Assembly (NCBI RefSeq): GCF_002105155.1
Contig: NW_019029012.1
Coordinates: 310,001 to 374,000, forward strand
Length of the DNA stretch: 64,000 nucleotides
DNA from: Lobosporangium transversale
Lineage: Eukaryota
Reading direction: 5' to 3'
A program made the position numbers and the translations under genes. The notes beneath the pieces are model-generated. The model was not told the origin of the DNA and made no database searches. It saw nothing but the letters and a program-made list of their open reading frames with translations. The stretch's first letter is position 1. Every line of letters starts with the position of its first letter. Of the stretch, positions 36,607 to 49,679 are shown one piece after another.

Positions 36607-38819
36607 TTATTGCTCCTTGCCAAGGACAGCCAGTTGCTGCAGGAACTCCTTGGGACTCAGTACTTCTGTGGATCCATACGTGATCTTTTTCTTGATTGTC
36701 TGGCGTTGTGCGTATTCGTTCAGATTCTGATACTCTACATAGTTACCACCACCCACCACAAACACAATCGCTTCTTGGAACGGCGTCTTCGTACGCGGCA
36801 TCTTGGCATTGGATGCTCGACTGACTTTAGGATCAAAGTAAAGAAAATCCTCATTCGTTTCATTAGTACCCCCACCAGGCTCCATAATTGACTCGACAAT
36901 TCGAGTCATTGGTAGATCCTTCTTGGCCGGAAGGAAATTTTTCACACCTGCCAAAAGGTTTTCAAATCCACCACCCAACCCACCGGAACCGAGATGGTCA
37001 GAAAGCTATTTGGACAAGAAAATAAAAAATTGAAAAGAAAGAAACATCTAATAAGTTAACGGCCTTCTTCTTCAACAGCCATTAATTTTGATACATTATG
37101 GAGAAAAAAAAAAAAAAAAAAAGGTACCTTGTTACCAATAGTACCAAGACGATTCAAAAGGTAATCAGGGCGACCAAAACTCTGAGGCTGCTGCTGTGTC
37201 ATGTTCGTCATACGGATGTACGCACGAATTCCTTTGATATATCTCAACGGTGCAAGGTCACATCCAGCTTTCACCAATGCATCCTCATATTCTTGCATAA
37301 CGTCATTAGGAATGTCCTCCTGAACCGAAAGATAGTAAATTAAGAAAAGACGCATCTTATCTTCAGCAACTTTTTTTTCTGGATCATTAATGGCCTCGAG
37401 AATGCTCGCTTTTGTCTGCTTGGTGATTGAGTCTTCCATTTGGAACAGAGTGTCCAGTTGTCGTTCTTTGATCCCCTGCAACAATCCAGTCGCAATATTC
37501 ATGTGCATATCCAATGTTGCTTTTCTAGCTGTGAGTTCCGGAAGGGCTGTGATGGCAGTCTTCAAGTGCTTTGCGCCTGATGAGAAGTCTCTATAGTTGT
37601 AAAAAAAAAAAAAAAAAAGATGAATGAGTAAACCGCCAATTCAATTGAGACTTGTAGCCGCTCTCTGATCAAATCCATATTGTAACTTACAGTTGATTGA
37701 CATCGTCCAAATTGTTGACACCAGTCATTTGTGATATCACTGCAGCATCTTTCTTGTATTTTGTCAACTCACTGTCGATTTCCTCAGCGACCTGGGGGAA
37801 AGGTGCTGACGCATTCTTATTCCAGAAGAAATCCTTAGCATCAATATCATACTTCTTCTTGACTACACGACCATTCTCCTCCGTCTATTACCAAAGCAAC
37901 CAGATAAATGCATGTTATCTTAATGTTATAGGCAAAGCGTACTTTCTGAGAGCTCGTTTCCAGTCAAATGAACGACAGACCGTACCTGGACTACGATTTC
38001 ATTCAGCTTCATGTCCATGACCTCATGCACTAGTGCCTGGTAAGTCCACGAGTGACTGAGGATAGGAACTAGGTCCATATTACGATCTAAAATAACAAGT
38101 ACGGGGCGTTGGAAATTCATAGTGTTGGAGTCCGAGAACAAATTGTTCCTGCTATTCATGACATGATCTCTCAAACGACTGTCGAGCTTCTTGGCCAACA
38201 TCTCTGCTGCACCGCGCCTGGGGCAGCGAATGATGGGGATAACGCCCATGGTAGCTAGAACAGAGAATAGAGCGCTGGCTGCCTTATCAATTGAGGCCTC
38301 GATTGCTGTCTCAGGCGCTGTTGGGTCATTTAAGGCCAAGTAAGATTGTCGGTCATTGAGTGAGAACATGTTGGGTTCTGTGCAAATGAAGTTCAAATGC
38401 TGATCGTAGACTTGTTGGATCAATGATGAGTTCCCACTAGGGATTGTTGAAGCAGCAAACTCCTCCATAAGTGGTCGTGGTATTACTGTAGAGAAGTTGA
38501 TGTAGTAAGAGTCGTAAAGATGGTTCGAGAGATCCTGATATCATGTTGGAAATATAAATTGTATCAGCAGAACTTTTTTTTAAAAAAAAATGAATCCTTT
38601 AAATGAGCTGATCCTGAAATCATGGACAGATAGGAACTAACCTCGCTAATCTTGCGTATATTTTCAGAGGTTGGCTCCACGAAATAGACAGCAGGGACAT
38701 CAGGAATAGGCTGCCGCTCGTTCTTCAATAGCCTGTGTTGTAAAAGAAACCCATCATTAGCGATAGTTATCGATGCGGAGCAAATACAGAGACAGTGCAT
38801 AGATCAATTTTCTCGCTTC

Positions 38820-38855
<36 letters not shown>

Positions 38856-39225
38856 CTTGCATATGAACAGTGACACCGTTCTCACGAAGGTCATTAACAC
38901 GAAGAACCGAGGAGATGACGTCGCGACCAAAGGCGTCAAAAATTAAAACCTTCCACTCTACATCAGATGCCATAGGGATGACCTGATCTGCCTGAGATGT
39001 TGTGTCAGGCTTTTGGTTGAGGTTCAACATGGTCGCGATGGCCGCTATATAACAGTTGCATCATTTGAATGAGGGGTGGATAGATGATGAATAACGAGTG
39101 CTTTATTTGGCTCAGGTACAGCATAAACTAGCCTTAATTGAAATGTCCTGCAGATGTCTTATTGAAGTTGGTCATTTACCGATTTGTTGCTCGCGCAATG
39201 TTGGATCCTTAGGTGCTTGTGCCAT
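36607..39225 (-). CDS. SLY1: Sec1/Munc18-family protein Sly1 (SCFD1), multi-exon
   Basis: [63 protein letters not shown] and [17 protein letters not shown]. Confidence 0.95.
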
Positions 39226-40556
39226 AGTCGTTGTTTAATGGGAATGTTGCAAGAGAGAGTTCAGTCAACATGAAGCCCGTTTGAGAAGCATCAACTATAG
39301 GCTGCCACGTTACCTGCCAGGGGATGGTGTTGTGACTGTAAAATTTCAATAAGCGTTACTTTAGGCCATTAGTCGACATGGCTTGAGAACAGAAGTTGGA
39401 AGCAAAGAACTCTGTCCGTGACAAAGTGATTGTTTCAATGAAGCAGCTACTTTGAGTATTTCTTAAGTTGTGAGAATAATATAACATTTATACATATATA
39501 TATATTATATATTACATATTCTTGCACTGACTTCGAACCCATAGCCAATGCAATAATAGGCAGCGTGTGAAAGATAGACTTTATTACACACATTCCTGAA
39601 TGGAGAGCATATGCCACCAGGTAATGCACCGGCAGAAAGGGAGATGAACTAAAATTTGACTTTAAAAGCAACTGGCCAAAGCATCAAATATATAATTTTC
39701 TAAACACATGGAAATAAAAAAAAATATTCCCATAATATCCATTTGTAAAGGTACACAATGCGATTTCTTTTACCTTGGAGCCAACAATAAAAAGCTGATC
39801 GGAGTTGACGGCTTTCTTATTAGAGCATCAAAACGTAATGCAAGAATTTTTTTCTATGAGATGCTTAATAAAGAATCCATTCGCCCAATTGCCTAAATAG
39901 CTCATCCAACAATTCTTGTTCCAGGGAGATGTCTGGAGCGATCCTGCTATCTAATTGGATAAAGCGTATTGAAGCATAGACTCAGTTCACCACCGTGTAA
40001 TTTGCGTTGGAAGACCTCAGCAGATCAATTGCCCTGGCTCTACCATTGACAAGAGATGAACCAAGCTGAGTCTCGACAGGCTGAGCTAGGAAATTTTTTA
40101 TGTCTTATAACCTCATGGATGACCGGACTGGAGGTGTTAATTTCTGCAACCTTTGTAGCCTCTGTTATTGGAGAGCGTAAGAGAATTTTGAGACCCAGAT
40201 AGTCACGCATGTATATAGTACATTTACGTTAAATAGCCTAGCGTCAAACAAAATGGCTCTTTTTTTTTCTCTTCAGATGTCAAAGGTCAGGGTGTTGTCC
40301 CAGGAGGAACCAGACAACGTACATGTATACAGTTTGATATTCCGTTTGTAGTGCATCTGGGATATCCTTTCACCTCTTACTTCAGCCACTATAAAAACGG
40401 AACATCATTTCAAACACCTCCAAGTTTTACTTCCACTCCCTCTTCTCCTCATCCCACGATCAGTTCGCAGCATTTCCCTCTTTCTCCCACACACATATAT
40501 ATCATCTTCTTTATCCATATACACTTCGCCACCTGGAATAATATTCAATCACTGGT

Positions 40557-40696
40557 ATGGATAAATTTGAATATCAGGACCCTACACTGACTACTGTCGT
40601 TCCGCAGAAACCTATTGACCAAGTTAACCAAGATGAGGTAGCGAAAAAGGAGAGATCAAGGCTCTCTTCCATATTCACTGTCATCTTCTCAGGTAA

Positions 40697-40727
<31 letters not shown>

Positions 40728-42179
40728 GGGGGGCTTAAACACTCGCTACTCCAAGTGTAAAAGTATCATTCTGATCATTTTAATAAATGCATTCTTCTCC
40801 CTACAGGTTTCGCGCTGCTATCGGATGGTTATCAAGTTGGTGTTCTATCTCTTGTCAACGTCTGCTTCACAAAGATCTATGGGGACGAGTTTACTTCCGC
40901 CATATCAACACGCATTGGAAACTCGCTCTTTATAGGCTGTATTATTGGACAGATTGGATTTGGATATATTTGCGATCGAGTCGGCCGCAAGGTCGGTTTG
41001 CTGCTCACAACATTCCTCGTCATTTTAGGAGCTGCTCTCTGTGCTGGTGCTTACGGTGCTGGAGGCTCTGTTGAGGGCCTCTTCTGGGCCCTGACGGTTT
41101 ATCGTGGCATTCTTGGAGTCGGTGTCGGAGGGGAGTATCCATGCTCGTCAGCCTCTGCCTCTGAAGCTGCAGATGAAGTCTTGCCTGGTAGACGCGGTAT
41201 GCTTTTCGTATTTGTCACCAACTTTGTCATTGACTGTGGATTTGTCCTCTCGGCTTTATTTCCATTGATCCTTGGTGCGGCTGGGTGCAGCTATCCAGTT
41301 ATTTGGAGGGCTTCGTTTGCCTTTGGTGTGCTCCCCCCTCTCTCGGTCATGTACTTCCGCTTCAAGATGGATAACTCGCAGATCTTCCAAAAAAATTCGA
41401 TGAAGAAGAACGTTCCCTATCTTTTGATTTTCCGTCGCTACTGGAAATATCTTCTAGGAACCGGTGGCTCCTGGTTCTTCTATAACTTTATCTCGTACCC
41501 ATTTGGCATCTTTGCTGGCACGATCCTCGACAATGCCATTGGCGCCGATGCCACCTTCGTCCAAACGGCCGAATGGATGCTGCTCCTCAATTGCTTCTAT
41601 CTCCCAGGATCCATTTCCGGTGCCTTGGCCTCAGATAAGATTGGCCGTAAGAGAACTATGGCTCTTGGTTTCTTCTGCCAAGGCGTCCTTGGCATCATCA
41701 TGGGTGTCTTTTACACGAAATTACTCAACGTTTTCCCTTTGTTTGTCGTCCTCTATGGTATCTTTATGATGATGGGAGAGTTCGGTCCTGGAGACATGCT
41801 TGGACTTGTTTCTGCAGAAATTTATCCCACAGCTGTCCGCGGGACTGCTTATGGTTGGTCTGCTGCCTTCGGGAAGTTTGGTGCATTTGTTGGTACCTCT
41901 ATCTTCAAGCCCCTCATTTCTAGTTTTGGCCATGGTGACGAGATCTTGGGTCAAAGCCGTGTCTTTATCTTTGCCTCATGCCTCGCCCTCTTAGGCTCTG
42001 TCTTCACCTATATCCTTATTCCTGACTATTCAAAGAAGGCTTTGGGTGAGGAAGATGAGGACTTTAGGCAGTATCTGGCTTCCCATAACTATGACCTCTC
42101 CAACTTTGGTGAGAATGGCTTTCAGGAAATGCGGTCCGCCGCTTTGGATTCAGACGAAAAATCTCGTATCAATACATAG
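40557..42179 (+). CDS. GIT1: MFS glycerophosphodiester/phosphate transporter (Git1-like), exons 40557-40692 and 40807-42179
   Basis: SGFALLSDGYQ, DRVGRK, RGILGVGVGGEYPCSSASASE, GEFGPGD and AEIYPTAVRGTAYG. Confidence 0.88.
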
Positions 42180-42495
42180 AATAATATTGTTCATTAAACA
42201 TGTATATACAAATCACACAATGAAGTTTTCTCACGTGCCCAAGGTTAACAAATAGGAAAAATGAAAAGCCACCACTGCTTTTTTGTTTTGTTTTTGATCC
42301 GCTCAGACACACACCTTCGGAGTGCAAGAATAAGGCAGAAGCGAGTGTCAACAACGTTATTGTTCATTGACTCTCTCTTTGTTCTCTGTCCCTTAGTCCC
42401 TTTGCTCCACTCTGGTTATCTCTCATTATCAATTGAAGAGAGAACAAATACTGATCCATTCAACCAGTCTCGACACACATACTTTTTTATTCATA

Positions 42496-44085
42496 ATGAC
42501 ATACTTCCTCCGCAACTCATTACGAGCTGCCCATCAGGCCCTGGTCAATAATACTCCACGAGGTAATCAGGAAACCGAGATGGAAACATGGGAAACAACA
42601 AAATAGCATACTATGGAATTATATGGTTTTAAAAACCATTGAAGAAAGCTCTGCTTTCGGAGACAAGTGATAACGAGCACCAAAGGTTTTATTTAGTCTC
42701 ACCTAACCGCAAAAAAAAAAAAAAAAAAAAAAAAAGTGAATACTCTTTTCCATCTTTTAAGAATTTATACCATTACTTCAGTTTGCACATAGCGTGCTTT
42801 GCTCTCTATTTTTTATGTCTTCATTAAGCTTTATTTTATTACGCTCTGGATAGTTGTTCGACGTGCTATGACCCAGCAATATACCGCTCCTACCTGGGCA
42901 CGCGCATCACAAATCAGCATGTACTCCACTGGCAAAGGATCGGGATCAGGAGCAGGAGCAGGAGCAGGATCAGGATCTGAATCTGAATCAAATGTTGACG
43001 ATAATGATATTCTGGACGCTATGTTGGCCGACATTGCCTCGGATTTTAAAGTAGCAACACCTGGTACCCCTACCTCAGCATCTTTAGAAACTTCATCAAC
43101 AGATGCGGAATCCTCTACATCCGCATCGTCAACCGAAGATATGAATGCTGATCCTGAGCCTACATTTGTTCCGACGCCTGTCGATATTGAGAAAAGGCTC
43201 AAGGCGCTTAGTAAGTTATACCTACTCGGTCTAAGTTAAAAACTGCCATGCTTTTATTTGGCCTTTGATGGGTTTCCATTTGGCAGTCATCTAACATGAG
43301 GAAAAAAAAAAAAAAAAAAAAAAACTCGGTGTATAGTGCCGGAATTCCTATCATATGGAGGCCAATTGGCACCTAGATCCAAATCAACACTCAGCAACAA
43401 TCCCACATCCAACTCTTTGACAATTGCTCAGCTTTTAGCAGCAGGATTGCATCTTGGTCATAGTACTTCTCTTTGGAACGTGGCGTCAATGCCTTTTGTC
43501 TTTGGCGTTCGTGAAGGCATTAGCATCATTAACTTGGAACATACCTTAACACATCTTCGTCGTGCATGTACTGTCACAAAGGCTGTAGCTCGTCAAGGAG
43601 GCATCATTTTATTCATTGGTACGCGTGATGGAGTGAATAATGTGACGATTGATGCTGCAAAATCTTGCAATGCCTACTATGTCGCCTCCAAATGGTGTCC
43701 TGGCACTATTACGAATGCTCAGGAGATTGTTGGACCCCACACGCCTCGTTTGCCTAACGCTCGCCCAGGTGAACTGGCCAAGCCCTTCCGTCCCGATTTG
43801 GTTATTGTCCTGAACCCGATAGAGAACATGATTGCGATCAAGGAGGCTACTCGATTCCACATTCCTACGATCGCCATCACGGACACAGATGTCGATCCTC
43901 GCATTGTCTCTTATCCCATTCCAGCTAATGACGACTCAGTACGCGGCGTGGAGCTTATTGCTAAAGTTCTAGCTGAGGCTGCTAAGGAGGGCAATGAGTT
44001 GGCTCTTGAGGCATCCAAGAGGCAGTCAAAGCAGAGGATCGAAGGTCGTATGGATCGTATGAAGGCATGGGGCGCCCGTGCATAA
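42496..44085 (+). CDS. MRP4: Mitochondrial ribosomal protein uS2m, exons 42496-42562, 42854-43210, 43337-44085
   Basis: Arg-rich presequence, LLAAGLHLGH, GISIINLEHTL, W.PGTITN, PTIAITDTDVDP and YPIPANDDSVRG. Confidence 0.92.
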
Positions 44086-44659
44086 TTTTTCTCCTTTCCT
44101 TTTTCTATTGTATTAGTTTAAAAAAATTATTATACATGAACTATGTTTCTAAGTGACAATCTTGACATTTCAATAGACATTTTTTTCTTTTTCTTTTCAT
44201 GTTTTTTATTTTACCATTCCTCATGGATTGCTTGCTTGAGCACAAAAGAAGACGATTTAAAGTGTGGAGAACGAGTGCAGTGGTGCCCTTAAGGCTTTTC
44301 TATTCTGTCATATATAGAATAATCATAACAGCATGCAGAAAGCAGCTGTGGTTTGTTATTGGATGTACAAATGATTGGAATAACGGGGATCCGTTTTGCG
44401 TGGACCATGTGTCAAATTCATAAGGACGACACTCATGTTCTTTCTATACATCCCTTCCTGGCAACCCTAACAAGGACTCGGACTAAAGTGATGAGCCTGC
44501 AGATTCGTGTTAAATAAGATATCTGATCCTAACGGCACCGCTATCTGCTATATATGATATTGATTTATTGCACATTAGGCGTGCTAGTGGGGCCTAATGC
44601 ATATTAATTGAAGGCGATAGAGCGGACATCCTGACTAGGTTGAGAGTTTGGGAGATATC

Positions 44660-45892
44660 TTTAATGACGATCAACATGGAAACACCAGGCCTGTGAGTTT
44701 TTCCATTTTGACCATGTCCTTACACCTAGTAATAAGCTTGTGTTTTCTTTCTTATTATACTAAGCACCTGCATGCCGATGACCTTATTCTTCATACTCTT
44801 AACGAATGAGCACGAAATCCTCACGCACTTTTTTTTTTTAATAATAATATTATTCTTATTCTTATTATTCTTATTTTTTAAAAAAATAGCTGTTTGAGCT
44901 CAGGGTCAATCAGATGGTATGTAAATATGTGACGATTATTCAGCAGGCTACCGTAGGGATTCAAGTCTTCTTCGTGATCTTTGCGACGGGAATTGTTGCG
45001 TTCACGGTTGGAATGTTACATCTCCTTCATGCCTGTCCTACAAGTGAATGTGGGCGAGTAGAAAGTGAAGGGTCCTTCCCCATTCATTTCTTTGGTGCAT
45101 TATCAGCGACGCACTTCATGCTGGTAAGCTTTTTTTTATTATTTGACATAATTTTTATTACATCCTTCGTTTTGAGTAATAGTCAATCTCACAAATGTGT
45201 TATCCATCCTTACACCCTTTTTCATAATATAGGGCGGTCGATATGATCCTGTTGACTCAAAACTTACTTCTCAAGACTGGGCTTTCCATATTATGATGAT
45301 GATGTTCTTTTTCTTCACAGTCATCTTGATGCTGAATGTGCTTATTGGTACGCAACCCTTAGCACGTTTTTTTTTTTTTTTTTTTTTTTTTTTTCTTTTA
45401 TTTCTTTGACACCATATTTTTTTGGCCATTGGGGACTTATTCTTTTATTTTTAATTTTTCCTTGCAGCACTTATCAATGTGGCATTTGCAAAGAGTGATG
45501 ATGGATGGAGAATGACATGGATTGAATCGCGTCTGCGATTCATCGAGGCAGCCGAAAATATGTCATATTATATCCCTGGCTACCGTGAGACGTACGATTG
45601 TTTCCCTGAGGAGATATATTTTGCGGCGACTACGCAACAGAAAAAAGCCTATCAAGGAAAGTTGGATGCTGATGCCAATAAGGATGTGGGGAAACATATC
45701 GCTATTGTGGATGCACGAGTGGAGCAGCTACAGAGGCGGCTACGGGAGCAACTGCGGGTGCAAGTGCAATTGCAAAATCAGCTATAGGAGTATCAGGAGA
45801 AGCAATTGCAGAACCAGCTACAGGAGCAACAGGCAGAACAAAAAATCCGCATGCAGAAACTCAAGGAACTATTGCTCCAGAGCACTAGATAG
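44660..45892 (+). pseudogene. 5'-truncated relic of a TRP-like cation channel gene (S4/S5-pore-S6, TRP helix, coiled coil) with an internal stop
   Basis: Spliced exons give FELRVN..FFVIFATGIVAFT..HFML|GGRYDPV..FFFFTVILMLNVLI|ALINVAF..W..SRLRFIEAAEN. There is no upstream N-terminus before the uS2m gene, and an in-frame TAG lies at 45785-45787. Confidence 0.75.
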
Positions 45893-47424
45893 CAATGGCA
45901 CTAACTGGTCCATCTTAAAGCATTAAAAATGAACTGTACTTCCATGGCCTATACCTGCCAAATAAATAAATAAATAAATATGTATATAACAAGAAATAAA
46001 TAAGTAATGCTATACCCTGATTTAAACACGCGTATTTTACGCGCTTCTGTGTTTCAGTGAGAGAGGACAGGGAGGTGTAAGCGAAATAAAAGTTCCACTT
46101 CATTTTCTCAGCGTGCTGTCACCAACGTGCTTCACGGTAGTAAAGCGCCGTGTAATAGATAGTTTGAAATAACATCGAGAGGCGACCAGGGGAGAGAATG
46201 ATCTGTTTTGTCAGACCATAGCCTAAAATGATGAGAAGAGGGCGGTGCCCATTTTCTTTTTATATGTGCAAAAAGATTCCGCATGGTTATGATATGAGGG
46301 CAAGATATGCGTGTGTGAGCCTTTTCTGTTAATCGTGTTACAGTCTTTGATCGACGTTCTTTTTGTCTGACTATTCTTGGAGACTAACTCAATGATGGAA
46401 GGACGCTAGACACCGCCACATTGGTGGTACAATCCCTTAAACTCCTCTATGAGAAAGAAGGTTGTGGAAAAGGGGCTCAGAACTGAAATTTTGTCAATTG
46501 CTTTTTTTTCATTTGGCCGAGGAGAAATTTTGCTGTTGCCAAATGAAATGAAAACAATAAAGGAGCCAGGTGTTTAATGAGATTACAAGTGATAGAGCAC
46601 AGAGATGCGAGTACATTCATTGATGGAAGCAAAGATAAAGGCATGATAAAAAAAATAAAAAAAAAAAAAAAGATTTGGATAATCAATCACCAACTGTTTT
46701 GTTTCGCTATAGTAGAGGAAAACAAGGCGATGACTTCTTTTGCTTACAGGTTAGTTCTTTCTGCTGAGTTAATGCATAAAACCACGTCTAAGTCTATACC
46801 ATCATTGATAAATGAGGAGAACAAACAATTTGTGCGTGGAATTTTTTCTTTGTTCCGTTGTGTTTTTTACTCCTGCTCTCATGAGAATGCATGTCCAAGG
46901 TGTGTTGCCTCCGCCTTCCCCTGTTTCTATAATTTTAATTTTCTGCTCCACTGCCAAAGTTTAAGGTCCATTCATTAACAGTTGGTCGCTATTTCTTCTT
47001 TCCCCTTTTCTTCTTTCTTTCCTCCTTACTTCTTCATCCTTCATCCTCTCTCTCTTCGTCAATCCAACAACAACCCCTGCGACATTTATTGACCCTTCGC
47101 TTGTGCTATCTTTGCGTACAACCACATCCATTGCCCCCAGAGTTGGTACGCACCTTCCTCTCTTCAATTGCAACTGCACTCAGCCCATGCACGCAGACAA
47201 TTCTTTTCTCTCTCCTTCTTTTGACTAGTGTATTATAATATATATATATATTTTTTTTCCTGCCTACTCATCTCATTCCATCTCATTCCATCTCGTCTTT
47301 GTCTTTTCTTCCTCAATCTAACATCTCTTTAAACTTAACAACTTATCATTCTTTTTTCTTTTTTTCCTTTTCTTCTTCTTGCCTCTTGCTAGATCGTTCA
47401 TATTTTTGAATATAAAGGGCCATC

Positions 47425-49257
47425 ATGCCTCAAAAATACAGTATTAAGGCCTATATACATAGCAAATGGCCATTGATGCTCCGCGTTAAAGGCACAGTCA
47501 TCCTGAGCATTTGGTGGCAAGTGCTCTTGGTCGGGATCTTCTCAGCTATCGTATTCGTCATCCATGAATTCACTGACTGGAAGATGAACTACTCTTTGGT
47601 AAAGAAAAGGAAAAAGAAAAAGAAAAAAAAGGGCTCTTTTTTTCTTTTCTTTTTTGTAGCTCTTCCTTCATTTAGCCCTATTCTCTTTGATTTCTTTTTT
47701 TTTTTTTTATTCTTTCCGTTCCGTTTGTCCGTTTGTCCTACGGGAGTGTAGCGCGTTTGTTTTTGTTATCAATGGCTGATTGTTTCACTTTTTTGGTCCC
47801 TGGAAAAATGTTTCACCTTTAATACAATTATAGTCTCTCGTCTCCGTCATGGGCATGGTCGTTTCTTTGCTCTTAGTCTTCCGAACCAACACTGGTAAGT
47901 TTTTTTTTTTTTTTTTTTTTTTTGCCGTCCCAGATCGTTTGGGAGGAAAAATAGAAAAAGTTTTATTGTTCATGCAACATTCATTTATATAATATTTCCC
48001 ATTTGCGTTTGCTCTTATTTATCATTGGGCGTAAACAATGGGCTAGTGCTTTTTTTTTCTTTTTATTTAAGGCAATGTTCTCTCGTTTACTCATTTCACA
48101 TCTTTTGATATTATCTGTATGCAACAATAGCCTATGATCGTTACTGGGAAGGTCGTCGCTTATGGTCTCAAATGACGCTTTGCATCCGCAACTTGACTCG
48201 CAGCATTTGGGTTAATGTTGCCGAAAATGAGACGCGCGATGTGCTCGAGAAAAAATCAGCCATTAATCTGTTGGTGGCCTTTGCATTTGCGACCAAGCAC
48301 TACTTGCGTGAGGAATATGGCTACAATTATGATGATATGATTGATCTTTTGACCCACATCCCAAAGTATTCGCTCCCAACCTCGACTCAGGCTATGGACT
48401 GGCGTGATGATATCCCCACTGCTTTGAGTTCACTTCAACAACAACGGCCGAATGCAGAAAAACTTGTGAATCGCAAAGCCACCTTCAACGAGGCTCAGGT
48501 GCACAAACGCTCTCGCCGTCACCAGGCCAAGATGCAGGCCCTTGCATTCGATTTCTTGACACCCACCAACATCCCTGTTGAACTGTCGTTTTATATTGGA
48601 AGCTACATCAAGAGCTGCACCAAAAAGGAGTTGGTGGATTCTGCTACGTTGTCAGTGATGAACAATGCACTGGTCTCGATGATGGATTGCCTGACCAGCT
48701 TTGAGCGTATCTTGCGTACTCCCATCCCTTTGGCTTATTCTATCCACTTGCACCACGCCACTTGGATCTATCTCCTCGCTTTACCCTTCCAGCTCGTTGG
48801 AAGCTTGGGTGCTCTCATGATCCCCACAGTTATCCTTGCTTCATTCACGCTTTTGGGGATTTTGGGTATTGGTTTTGAGATCGAGAACCCCTTCAACGAC
48901 GATTATAACGATTTGCCTTTGGATGACTTTTGCAAGGTCATCCAAGCCGAGGTGGATGCCATGATCGCTCACCGTGCTCCCGTCCCTTCAGACTGGATCT
49001 TTTCGGATCACAACTACCCTCTGTCCAACTCACGCTTGTCTGCAAAGGAACTACTGGAGTTACCTCTGACTGAAATCCATAAACTCATGGAGTCTGAAGC
49101 GGCTCCTGTCCCCAAGGTGAACTATTCACGTCCAGTGGCTGGTAATAATAACGGCCAGGCCCTTGTTCCTGAGGAAGAACCCGCTTCTCCTCCTCCATCT
49201 GCTGTCGTTGATATAACTCCGGCTTCCGGAACTGGCCCCGCAACAAAGGCTCAATAA
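47425..49257 (+). CDS. Bestrophin (bacterial/fungal UPF0187-type) channel, exons ~47425-47598, 47834-47894, 48131-49257
   Basis: LLLVFRTNT|AYDRYWEGRRLW, FERILRTPIPLAYSIHL and GIGFEIENPF..DYNDLPLD motifs. Confidence 0.92.
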
Positions 49258-49679
49258 CTTTTTTTTTTTAAAAAAAAAAAAAAAAAGAGGGGTTTTCCTT
49301 CATAACTTTTGGCCGTGATGGTCATCATATATCATATATTCATATATAGTCAACTATTATATTTATTATATTTATTATATATATTTCATTAAAACAACAC
49401 ATTATCTTAGTATAAATATTCAGATATTCAAATCGAATGGACTCTTGCGATTTGCTAATATTGTAAAATTTTATTTTTAATAAAGCACAAGCCTTTGGCA
49501 TGTCCATCTTGGAACTAAAGCTACAGCAAACATATAAATATACAAAAAACTAATAAAAAACTAATAAAAAACTACTAAAAAAAACTAAGACAAAAAAAAA
49601 AAGACAAAGACAAAAGGAAGGATACTACAAGACCAGGTTATGTGTTGTATAAAAAAAAGAAAGAAGGGTATTGGATGAC

